A stretch of 60,600 bases of DNA, counting the filler, from Sphacelaria rigidula (Eukaryota): the NCBI GenBank assembly GCA_964200075.2. It is 8 parts of 8 records of this genome, joined end to end, with 100 filler letters (N's around TTAATTAATTAA, not from the genome) between each part and the next. Parts side by side here need not be neighbours in the genome. Positions count along the whole stretch, not along the records: positions 1 to 7,488 come from CAXNAA020014695.1; positions 7,589 to 15,076 come from CAXNAA020014696.1; 6 more parts are not named here. One strand, 5' to 3'. The position numbers and the translations under genes are program-made. The notes beneath the pieces were generated by a model. That model had not been told where the DNA came from. It searched no databases and saw only the letters and a list, made by a program, of their open reading frames with translations. Of the stretch, positions 1-11,159 are shown one piece after another. How positions within the stretch are numbered: the first letter of the stretch is position 1; each line of letters begins with the position of its first letter.

Positions 1-3000
1 TCAGGACATCCTCGTTTGTAAATTCATTCGGGATATCCCCAGCACATTGGAGTAGTAATCCTGGCGTACTCTCACATATTTTCATAGGTCGCATTTTGCA
101 TGAGATAAAGGGCTCCTAACAATTCAAACCCCAGGAAATCTTTGTGCACCCCTACCGTGGCATCACTCACCACTTGCAACGCCGTCCCACCCTCAAGGGA
201 ATTCAGTTTTAGAACGAGTCTAATATGGCCTTTGATCGGTCTTCTCCTACTTTGATACCGTCAGCGAACAAGGTGTGACCGACGTACTTGACCGCCTTCG
301 GTCCGAACTGTTTTTTTGATGGTTTGAGAATGAGACATTATTTTCAGAGTGTTTTGAACATGTTCCGTTCGAGTTAGGCGGCTTTCCCAAGTGGAGGAAG
401 GGGCGATGTTATCGTCCATGTACACTAACAGACCGCTCTTTGGTCCAAAGTGTGAGAACGTGAAGACCCATTATTCGCGAAAAAATGAACGAGGATGATG
501 CTTAGCCAGACGGTAGATCGTCGAACACCCATTTACCCTTTTCCGTGACGAAGGCTATTTTTCTTTCTCTTCCGCCATAGTTATCTGATGAAACGCGCTC
601 TGTAGGTCAAAGACAGATATTTCTTTATTCTGCCATCGTGTCTACATGACTTTTCCAAATTAGGCATAGGCCGTGACTGTCGAAGAAGACTTTTGATAAA
701 CGTTGATCTATAGTCAACACAAACTCGGGCGTGCCCATCTGCTTTTTGCTACAACAGTCACTGCAGAGCCTCATGGCCTGACTCTTTGTTCAATTTTTCC
801 GTCTTTTTCCATGTCATTCACGCATTGATCGATGCCTTCTTGTACCCTTGGGTTAGTCCGGTACGGGGCTCGATCGACAGGTTTTGTGCCTGGTGTCAGG
901 GGAAATGTTGCTTACCCGATTGTGCGACACCCTAGTTCCTGCCGTGATAGTGACAAGACTGATCTGTACTTTGCACATAAGTCAAGCACTTGGCTTCTTT
1001 GATTTTGCGAAATATTGTTTTTTGAAATGCATTTTAGAGCGCTGTCGGTGTTGTATTGTTCAACTTGTGAAGTTGCACTGACGATTTCCGTCGGTTCGTT
1101 TGTCACAGGTGTCACATACTCCAAAAGCATAATTCGAGGGCGTTGGACGTGCCTAATGGACTGATTTGCAACTCGTACCATAGCTGCTTTATTCACCGCT
1201 GACCATGTACAGGCCGTGCGTTCTACAATTAGGCGGTTACATGCTTGTGGTACCTCTGAGGACTGGAAGGTTTCTCCCGTCACTATATGTGGCTCAATTA
1301 TCGCAGTAGTTGCAAGAGGCGGCGGTTCATTTGTTACCCCATGAAGAGCCATTTCACTTCGAGGCTTAACGCAGCACCTCTTTGACAGGTATACTGCCAC
1401 CGGATCAGTCGTACTCGGAGGACACAACAATAATCATTTTCCGGAAACGTCGGATGAACTTCCATGTATTTCCTTTGTGTTTAGACCAAATTTTCACGAT
1501 CTTTCGAAACACGGGTTTTCACGAACTTTTGAATTACGGAACGTCAGAGTTTCTGCCTCCCGATCGAGGACTCCTCCAAAGGCGCACATGATTGAGTTTT
1601 CAACTAGCATGTAGTCTGGACCGAGATCCCTTCGGGCAAACGTTTCGACAGGCACCTAGCGTAAGGTCACAGCGAATAAATCCGGTTATTTTGATTGGTG
1701 AGCTGTCGGCGCTCCGTAGATCAACCAAACGCGGTGGAGCCGATTGAATGTCTTTTTCGCTGAAATTGGGGTGTGAACGGATCGGATGCACGCCATAATA
1801 ATTGTAGGTAGATCTGAGGACGAGTCAATGCTTATTGCTGGTGCCTCCATTCTGTCAAGTCTGGCTGGCACCTGCATCCTCGCTGATGTAACGTGTGGCG
1901 TTGCCGGGTTTCTAGGATTCCGGGCTAATGCCGGCATAAGAAACGATTCGGACTCTTTCGAGCTCGTGGTCAAAAATTTGGATCTGTGTTTTGTAATATT
2001 TCTCCAAGACGTTTCACTCACAAAAACTGCTCGGAGAACTGTGCCCATGTGTCGACGTCCTTTACTCAACATTCAATCTTGACCTGTGACGTTCTCAACT
2101 TGTCCCTGTATACTGGCCTCTGTAGCCGCTTCTTCATATGCAATCTCTTACATGTCCTCACTGAAGGGGCTACGCTATTGCTAGCAAACCACATTGGTTT
2201 TTCTATTTTTTCCCGCTCAGCCAGAGGGTCAGCATCCATTTGCCATAGGTTGATTTAGATGATACCATCTGAGTTGACGTATGTCCATTGACGCAGAATT
2301 GTTTTGTGTCTCACGAGAAATGACAGCTTGGGGATGACGGTCCTCACCCCCCCCCCCCCTGTTCCTCACTCCTCAACAGTTCTCTGCTTTCAAAAGTATC
2401 GGTTATTCTGTCTTGCCGAATAAGCGCCTCCCTAAATATAATTGTTACATCTTGAGTGCAGAAGCAAGCGGGTCTCACAGCCAATGTAGTGTGCATCCTC
2501 TGCAATCCTATCCACTGAGATAAGAGGTCTGTCTCTTGACAGTACCACACGACACGGGCCTTCCAAAATACATCTCGCTCAGTTACATCGGTGATCATCC
2601 CCTGGATTAATCACCGGCATTCGATTTTGACCGACTCGCCGAACCTGTTCTGGGAAAAGGTTACTTTTGCCGCAGGTTGACGGTCTAGATGTAACGCAAC
2701 AGAGACTCGAGCGTCACATCGTTGACAAAGTGGTGTATCATCAACGTGGCCCAGGCAGAAAGAGCATCGTCTTCGGCTCACAGGCTACGACCCATCAGCT
2801 AACCTGGAGTATAGAGAGCGGAAGGGGTCCCATACTGTCGACATCATATAGACGTGCATATAATCGAACACATGTTGAACAACACACCCCTGCCACATCA
2901 ACCGTCTCGAACACGAGAAAAAGAAAATGTGGATGGTGTATAACAACGTGTAAATGCAGGGGGGAAAAATACTCCACAAGTTGCAGTCACAATGAATTTA

Positions 3001-3197
3001 GTTCCAAGACGAAAGATAAGTGACGCCACGGTCCTTGCGACGGTAACGGCGAAGAGAGACTTGATCCAAGTGGCTAACCTCTCATCAGCACACAGGGGTT
3101 TTGCTGACGAGGGTAGCCGTGACAAACTTTATTCGGGTCGGAGTAAAACACTGCGAGGATAGAAAGAGCACACACCACCGTTTCATCTCTGATACCA
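1..3197 (-). mobile_element. Degenerate Ty3/Gypsy LTR retrotransposon (putative gag, protease, RT; truncated at window start)
   Basis: Manual minus-strand translation gives PGTKPVDRAPYRTNP, P*GSAVTVVAK/ADGHARVCVDYR, IAFVTEKGKWVF and the catalytic YMDD at 411-422. A protease-like segment (SIDSSSD ... LRSADSSPIKITGFIRCDLTLG) lies at ~1650-1830. Protease directly upstream of RT is the Gypsy order. Many stops and frameshifts. Confidence 0.9.
3187..3197 (-). promoter_or_regulatory. Primer-binding site (tRNA-iMet type) of the Gypsy element; putative 5' LTR ~3198-3442
   Basis: Minus strand reads TGGTATCAGAG, the canonical Met-i PBS, upstream of the gag/pol remnants. The candidate LTR starts TGTTG at 3442, but its 3' end lacks a clean CA. 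Confidence 0.6.
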
Positions 3198-3499
3198 TCC
3201 CTTCCCCGTTTACCATATAATACCGTAGTTATCACGAGTTCCAGAACCGCTGCAAGTCACTGGACGGAGCTTGCACGGGGGTACCATATTATACGGTAAT
3301 CAGCGCCGGTTATCAAGCTGATGCCGAAATCACCGGTCGGAATCATACACAACAAGAGGAAATGTAATGTTTTCCAGCATACATCCGCATGAAACTGTAG
3401 TGAGACGTCGATAATTTTTACCCGGTTCGCGTTTACACAACACCCTGCATAGAGGATATGACATGTTCAGATGCCGGCCCGTATAGAAGTTTCACAAGA

Positions 3500-3870
3500 A
3501 CACAAACAAAGTGGAATCCACGCGAGTATCATTTTCTCCACTGCTCGCCTCAGTCACACTTTTTCGTTCTTGTCACACTTTAAACCCCTCCCTTTCCTTG
3601 GGACGAGTCTGCGGTTTCAAGGGATCTACTCATCTTTCCCCGGTACAAACAAGCCTTGCAATTTGGCCTCGCGGATTGGGTCACCACACCTGCGCCCCGT
3701 CCACTCTCGTCAAACAAACTCAGTCAACTACTTTTTGTCAACAACTCACGTAAACCCGCTTTCGACGGTGGAAATCAGATGCTTGGAAGAAAAAGTCAGA
3801 CGCATCTGGTGAAAAGTCGAAGCGACGTCCTCTCCACCGTGATGATGTCAATCGAACCATTAGACCACCT
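3500..3870 (-). mobile_element. tRNA-derived SINE, family A (copy 1)
   Basis: Minus strand begins GGTGGTCTAATGG (A-box-like). The body aligns by eye with 30420-30700 (opposite strand) and 4665-4820. Confidence 0.7.
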
Positions 3871-4301
3871 GTACAGACAAATCTCCGGTACCCTAGGTTA
3901 CTGGCGCCGACAGTAGCAAGAGTTGAACACCACAGAGCCACCGTCAGCAGCCCGGGGAACACCCTTGCTCAATACCCGTGTACAAGCTCGGCTACACTGC
4001 CAACCACCCAGGCTCACCGCCAAATCCCTGGTATATAAAACAAGAGAGAAAGTTCGCCTCGCTTTGGAGATGCTTTGGCAGCTGGGTAACAACAGCGACT
4101 TCCTCCAGAAAGATCCTACGACCCTAGGCAAGTAGTATTCATAGACGGCAATACAACATATACTAGGGTACAAAATGCCATTTGAAAAGAGCACGTGCGG
4201 TGTGCGCACTATCCGACGCCCAACCCATCGCACCTTACGAGAGCTCTTGCTCATCTTACGACCACGTTGCGACGAACGCAAACAACAAACACGGGAAAAA
4301 T

Positions 4302-4387
<86 letters not shown>
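4302..4387. repeat. (AAC)n microsatellite
   Basis: Directly visible perfect AAC run. Confidence 0.98.
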
Positions 4388-4664
4388 GAGGTTGAGTAAA
4401 AAGAAATCTGCACACTTTTCCCGGCCAATGGATAAAAAACATGGAACAACAAAGTATACGGAAAATAACAGAAAAACATACCTTGTTCAGACCCGAAATA
4501 TTTTTGTTGCGGTTCGGGTACACACACACACGTGCACACGTGCACACTTTCACCCCCCCACCCCACACCCCCTCCACCCNNNNNNNNNNCCGAAATATTT
4601 TTTTTGCGGTTCGGCCACCCCCCCCCCCCGCCCCCCCCCCACCCCTTCCCCCCCCCCCCCCCCC

Positions 4665-4820
4665 CTCCCCTCCCTTGTCGAGATAAGTCCGTGGTGTCGA
4701 GGGATCAACTCATCTCTCCCGCGGTACTCGTCATACGTTTTGGTACCGCGGATTAGACACGACAAACACCCCCGCCCCAAGTCAACTCTCGTCAAGTAAA
4801 GTTTTTTGTAACGCACGTAC
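4665..4820 (-). mobile_element. SINE family A, diverged partial copy
   Basis: agggatcaactcatctctcccgcggtac ... actctcgtcaa matches 3620-3715. Confidence 0.55.
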
Positions 4821-4934
4821 TCACATAATCAAAGACGAAAATAATACTCTTGCCAGAAAAATGGGCTACATCTGCCAGGAATCGCATCGGAATTCTTCCG
4901 ACCTCAGGGCATTTCTCACGGTTGGTGTGAATTG

Positions 4935-5368
4935 GGGGGCGGGGGGCGTATTTTTCATGTTTGAGACATGCGGCACGGGTTTGGGTTCCTCCAAGCAGGG
5001 AATATCACCATCACGCGTCTTGGACACTTTGCATCACCCCATCGAGAGGAGTCTGACTCACTTCTGCAACTCGCTTGGCTCCGAGGTGTGGAGGATGGCG
5101 TGCGAACAAAAACACAGCTGGACAAAAAAAATGCGGCGTCTACAGTTTGTTTTCAAGACAAAAACCTGCTGGCACCGCATGTTTTTGTCCAGCTGTTTTT
5201 GTTCTTAGGCCATTCTCGAAACTTCGGAGCCAAAAAGAATCGGAAACGTGTGCAAGGTTCCTCTCGGTAGGGTGGGGTACAGTCTCCAAGACGTGTGATG
5301 GCGATATTCCCTGTTGAGGGCCAAAACCCGTGTCAAATGTTCCCAAAGTGGAAAACAGGCCTCCCCTA
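4935..5368. repeat. Long imperfect palindrome (foldback/MITE-like), centre ~5155
   Basis: cagggaatatc (4996-5006) pairs with gatattccctg (5303-5313). cagctggacaaaaa (5115-5128) pairs with tttttgtccagctg (5182-5195). Both give the same axis. Confidence 0.85.
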
Positions 5369-7099
5369 AAAAGCTAACCGTAAAAAGTGGTCCAAGAGCT
5401 TAAAGAGAGAGAGAGAACCCACGATTCTCTGTTCGGGGATAAAAAAACCGTGCTCAACTTCCCAAACGTGGAAAGTACGCCCCGCCCCCCCAAAAAAAAA
5501 GAAGAAGAGGAAATCAACCGTAAAAAAGTGGTCAAAATAGCTTCAAAAAGAGAAAAGAGGTCATGATAAAAAAGCACTGTTGAGTACTATACAGCCCCCC
5601 CCTCCATCATCTACGACTTGAGCACGTTCTCAGACGGCTTCATTGGGTAGCCGCAACGCTGATGGCGTGGATGCAAAATAAATCCAAAAAAAGACGAAGC
5701 AAGAGGTACTCCTATCCTACGATGGGCCGGGGGGGAGGGGCAAGGGAATCGGTTCTTCGATTGCACGGAACGAAAGGGTTCCATGGGTGTGTGCTACACG
5801 ACTTCAAACACTCGTTGTGTGCTGAAGTCAGGCTGAAAATGTTGCGGGGCCCTGTAAACAGTGCCTATGCTATGTTGATAGGAAGAACAACATTGGAATG
5901 AAGTCAAGCTCGACAACAAGCGAACACGTTTCCGAAAGTCCAGCTACTTTCACTGGAGTCCACCGTTTCCTCTTTCGTTTGCTCAAGCCAAAAAACGCCA
6001 CAACGCTCGTCGTCGCCCATCCTCCCTCTCCCTCTCCCGCCTCCTGCAGCGACGGAAGTATGAGGGTCATGGCTGTACCCCTAGGTTCTTGCCCCTGCCC
6101 TGAAGTAATCTCTCTCGACCAACTTCAACGGTTGAGGTGTCTGACGTTCTTGAGCGCGTAGAAGTACCCGAGACGGACAGCCAGTATGAAAAATATCATC
6201 CCTATCACATCGTACCTTTTCGTGCATGTGCATATCATTTCCGCCCCGTCGTCGTCGTCGTCATCGTTGTTGTTGGTTTGTGCATGATTCACGCCCCACA
6301 AAGACAGGATGCGTGTCGGTTGTCGACACAATTGTTTGTTTTGCGCAGATGACGCGATCGAGGACCCACGGCGATCGGGCACGCGTACACGGAAAACAAA
6401 CAGAGGATGGGTTTCGGCACGCAGGTCGGGGGGAAGAAAATGAATTAATTCGAGTCAATGATTTTCCACTACAACGGCAGTCTCGATACATCGCATGTGT
6501 GCGGTCGGTTTTGCGACGGAAGCAATTTTGACCGCATTGCATTCCCCCCCACTGGATTTCACCCTCCCCGGTAGCGTTGGCGCATACACGAGGCTGCCAT
6601 ATAGCTATTCTATTCTTTCTTAGATGTCTCTTAGATTCCGCTTTGCTATATATACCCTTCATGAAGTCGAGTTCCATTTGGTGATTGTTTCTCTCTCGTC
6701 ACCTGACCCTCGGGTACATGTACCTTGTGACAACGACCGGAGTCACAGCAAATGACCCTGTGTGAGACCGCCAATCAACCAATCAACCAATCAATCGATC
6801 ACTCAACGAAGCTCAACAAAGTGCGTGACTGAAGTCTGCTCAGCGTACACTGCAGCATACTGCAGGAAAATGTAGTAGAGTATGCTGCTGAACTCCCCCC
6901 CCCCCCCCCCCCCCGCGCGCTTTGTAGGGGCGGACCCCCGATGGGGTTGGCGTCGGTTGGCGATGACGCTGTACAACACGACACTCACTGCGTAAGCTAG
7001 GCAACCAGGTTACCGTTTTGTTTTGGCGCGCTTGCGTTTTTTCCCCGGTTACCATGATGGTAGTCGAGCTAGACCATGCTGTACGGCGTGGAAGAACCT

Positions 7100-8045
7100 C
7101 AACTCCGCACAATGGGGATGATCGTATCACGTAGTGGGTCTATGGGAAGACACCCATGAGGCAGTGTATAAGCCGTGGCCGACTTTGGAAGTGGCGATAC
7201 CAGAAAATCAAGCAACTCGTTGGAGGCTGTCATCCAGATGCAAGATAATCGATAGGCTTCGGGCCGAACAATCTTAGCAGGATACAGCTCATCCTTCATG
7301 CGACTCGCCGATCGCACGACGGCGTTGCGTGCTTGATGATCGAGTGCGAACTGGTCCGGCGAAAACCCGGCGTGCTCCGTCCCGGCTTTGTAGGGATGCG
7401 AGGACAATGATCTTATGACTATGGCATGCATGATCATGAGTATACGTCCGGCCCACCCGCCACCTACACCTCCCGCTCACTTTTCAAANNNNNNNNNNNN
7501 NNNNNNNNNNNNNNNNNNNNNNNNNNNNNNNNTTAATTAATTAANNNNNNNNNNNNNNNNNNNNNNNNNNNNNNNNNNNNNNNNNNNNAGTGTGTTCGGC
7601 GAGTCGCATGAAGGGTAAGCTGCACCCTGATAAAATTGCTCGGCGCAAAGCCTACTGATTATCTTGCATTTGGATGGCAGCCTTCAATGAGATGCTTCAT
7701 TTTCTGGTGTCGCTACTTCCAGAGATAGCCACCGCTTATACACTGCCTCATGGGGGGAGGGGGGGTATGCGCGTGTTCCGTTGTCTCTGTAATTTATCTT
7801 AGCCTGAAGTGCGAGCGCAGAGATCCCTCCTGGTCGCGCTTGCTTCATAATGGCATCTCGCGTCTGTCCTTTCGTGCGGAACCGATCTCGACTCTTCGGT
7901 GGAGAGGCCAGTCTCCAGGGGGGGGGTTAGGCGCGCGGGGGGGAAGGGGGGTACTCATGATCATACATGCCATAGTCATAAGACCATTGATCTCGCATCC
8001 CTACAATGCCGGGACGGAGCACGCCGGGTTTTCGCCGGACCAGGC
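7100..8045. repeat. Copies of one interspersed repeat family at the facing ends of two different contigs
   Basis: 7350-7442 is the approximate reverse complement of 7952-8042. 7155-7315 is the approximate reverse complement of 7590-7752. Confidence 0.75.
7489..7588. other. Artificial contig linker N44-TTAATTAATTAA-N44 (also 15077-15176, 22665-22764, 30253-30352, 37840-37939, 45427-45526, 53014-53113)
   Basis: Identical six-frame-stop spacer inside N runs, recurring every 7587-7588 bp. Confidence 0.98.
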
Positions 8046-9009
8046 TTGGCGGGGGGGGGGGTGGGGGGGGAAGGGATACACCTGAAACCTTGAACCGGAG
8101 TTGAAACAAATGACGGCCACGCGGCCCGTCGAAGTAGCTAGCGGACCAAAGCTATGGCAGAAATCCGATTTCAGGCGTTTTCGACCCCGTCTGAGACCAT
8201 TAGTGCGTCATTCGAACCACTTTGGGCCAGTTGTCCGCTTATTATTTCTCCATCGACAGTCAAATACCATGCACGAGGAGATGGTGTCATTTGCCCTAAA
8301 CTTCGGTCGGGACTGAACTTCATACTCGGTGGAAAGCCCGTCCATGACCAGGTGGAGATGCCCCTTCAATTCGCACAGCCTACAGATGAATACGTAACGC
8401 ATTTTTTATTTCGCAAAACGGGTACCACCAGTCGAGTCTGAAGCTGAACATGCACGAAATTCGGAGTAGGGAGTTGCGTTGCTTCATGAAAACAGCGCCC
8501 GTGACGTTTCGGACGTTCATTTTTTCTCCGTTCCCTCGCTCCGATCGACGAGAACGGAACTCATGGTACTTCCTTACACGGAGAAGCAACGTCCTTGGAA
8601 CAAGCCCTTGGGTTCACAGAGAATGGTTTCAAGGATTCGAAATATCGCGGATAGCCCCCAAGGGGAAACATGCTAGCGCATGGGGAAGTGCTGACCCTGT
8701 TTGGACGCAAAATCCACTTGAGCGTTTCAAAAAATGAACAAAAAAACCCGAAAAGGTCGGAATTCTGCTGACTCGCTTGAACTTTCTAATATAGCGAAAC
8801 GACAGCAAGCCAAGTCCCGCCGAGCATTCTACACCTCTGAGTCCTAGAACCGTGTATAACGACCACAAACCAAATCCCGCCGCACATGTTTACACCGACA
8901 TCCGGCCGCATCCTTAAGGCCACTGCTTCTAGGGATGCAGGACTGCTCAGCTGAAGAACTGAGTTATGAGGTATTTGAAGACGAATTGCTTGGTTTTAGA
9001 TGATAATTC

Positions 9010-9210
9010 AAATCGCACGAATCAATCCCTAGGCTTTGTTTCCAGCATTGCAACCCCGTACACGCAGCCCAGGCACGTGGAATGGCGCAAAAGTTGCGTG
9101 GATACCCCCTTCACGAGCGGTCAACTTCGTTCTCCCTTTTGGGCAATCAGGCCGAAGAAATCGTGGATTAGGTGATTCGAACCCGTGATGATCCGTCCTA
9201 AGCGTGAAAA
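9010..9210 (+). repeat. Interspersed repeat, second copy at ~40105-40300 (Sin3 intron)
   Basis: Shared blocks gaatcaatccct, cacgtggaatggcg and caatcaggccgaagaaatcgtg. Confidence 0.8.
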
Positions 9211-11159
9211 AAAATCTTCCAAAGCCATAAGTGGCGGGCGGCCCGCCGGTCGCCACATCCTGTTGCGAGCTGTCTACGGCGACCCATACTGCTTATTACA
9301 TCAGGTTTACACTACCTAATGCGCACCCTACCCGAATTACAGTTTGTACCTGCACCTGAAAATAGATTGGATGAAACTTTCGGTCTTCCTTCCAAGCCTG
9401 CGGTTACATACGTGGATTTTCAGCAACATGAAGCCACTGTTTCGTGCAGACGCCAGACACGTCATTCCTAACCAGCTTCATTGGTCGTTCTGGAGGCCCG
9501 GTCCCAAAATTGTTAAGGGCAGATATCTCGAGACGGTGAATCACGCTTGCTCTTGGACCCCCTTGCCCGAGCTTCCTTCAGTGGAATCGATCTCATCTTC
9601 GAAGATCTAACGCTCAAGAAGACAGCTACCAGTCCGCCTGAATTCTGCAAGGGTAAAGTGGTCCGAGTGCCCCCTCTCCAAAACAGATTCGCGCGCGGCG
9701 TTGGCCGTCCGCAGTATATGACATACCCATGGTGTCATCACACGCACGCGCGCCGAGGATGGGTTGCGACTAAAAACGTTGGGAAGGGTGGTGCGATGCT
9801 TATCGCCCGCACTACACGTATTGTTCATCGGGGCGGCGTGCGCCGAGAGCGTGAAGGAATGTGACTCCCGAATCTGACGAAGGTTGCACGCGATAAGAAA
9901 AGAAAAAAAAAACGCCCTCTTTCACTCGACTAATTCCTTCCGAAAAATCCTGCGCCAAGCACCTTTTTTTTTCAACGTTTTTTTCGACGATCACCATCAG
10001 ACTTTCGGGACGAGTCCAATCTCGAGTGATGGACGGGTCCCTTCTCGGCACTCGCCCCCTTGCCCTACATCTGGTTATCGAGCATTGGATGATTGGACGA
10101 TGACCATCAGCACTGGTGACCTTCTCAGACCCGCCGGGACCATAAAAATTGATTCCATCACTTTCAGGATTCGAACCCCAAGAATCGGCCCAAACTAGCG
10201 CTGTTGAACTACTTTCATCACCGGGACAGCGGGACGTGTCCCTCACATCACAGCCCAAGAACAATTGCCCCACATTACCTTTGCCCCCATCACCATCACC
10301 ACTGCCATCGGAAGAATCAGGAAAGTAAGCCTTGGAGGGTGCCATCCACGGTATGATCTCGAAGAGCAGCAACATCGAAGATTTCCATGCCTCGCTGTAC
10401 CGGTAGATTGGATGGGATTTTGGGACAAAAGAAAAGAATGAGGCCAAGACATGGACAAAAGCAAAAAAAAAAGACTGAGTTAAGTTACACAGCGGTCGCG
10501 AAATTTCCGATGACTCGCGAACATGTTTGACGTACTACTCATGGACGAGACGGTTTGTTTTCGCTTCAGTGCATGCCTTGCACGCTCAACACTTGACTCT
10601 TCCATCATGGTGAAAAAAAACGATGCATCATCAACGAATCTCTGCGGATGTTACTCGCCAGCTGGGGTACACTGCACCGTTGGTTGCGTAACGGGAGAAG
10701 CCGTCGCGGCGACATACGCAGGGGAAGAGCAGTAGCCTCGGCAAGGAATCAATTCCACTGGGCTCGCGTCAACACTTACCAGATACTCTGCAGCACTACT
10801 CCACCATCCATGCTGTTCAAGGACAGGCTGCATCAAGCACATTGAACGGCCTAGGCTGGAGTAGAAGCTGAGCATTGATTAAGCCCTCTCATCACCGCCT
10901 CCCAGTACTCAATTTCCACGCCACACAACGAACGACCGCCGATTCTTGCAACAAAAAAAAGCATCTTTACCGGATATCGCAGATCTGAGACCTCACCCGG
11001 GCTTCACCCATTCCCATTTCTTGCTCCAAAACCTAGTATATTCGACTTGGGCAAAACCGCACATGAAACGTACACTGGAGGCAATGGCAGCAGCTGCACG
11101 AATCATGATGGATGATCGGTAGGCGGCCTGATATATTTACTACTTCCATTCTGTGACAG

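Noticed and set aside
3898-4816. Long ORFs with poly-C/N/T/V/P tracts
   Set aside because: Artefacts of the (AAC)n microsatellite, poly-C runs and an N gap.
7533-7544. Periodic TTAATTAATTAA as a biological repeat or CRISPR-like array
   Set aside because: Embedded in Ns at fixed spacing; it is an assembly spacer.
7100-8045. Apparent large inverted repeat spanning the gap
   Set aside because: The arms lie on different concatenated contigs; they are just copies of one repeat family.
9812-10447. 211-aa minus-strand ORF; another frame reads RGMEIFDVAALR
   Set aside because: No family confidently recognised, the alternative frame is full of stops, and no supporting exons were found.
10624-10660. 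CIINESLRM resembling the cytochrome P450 ExxR motif
   Set aside because: No PERF or heme-binding FxxGxxxC motif and no exon structure nearby.
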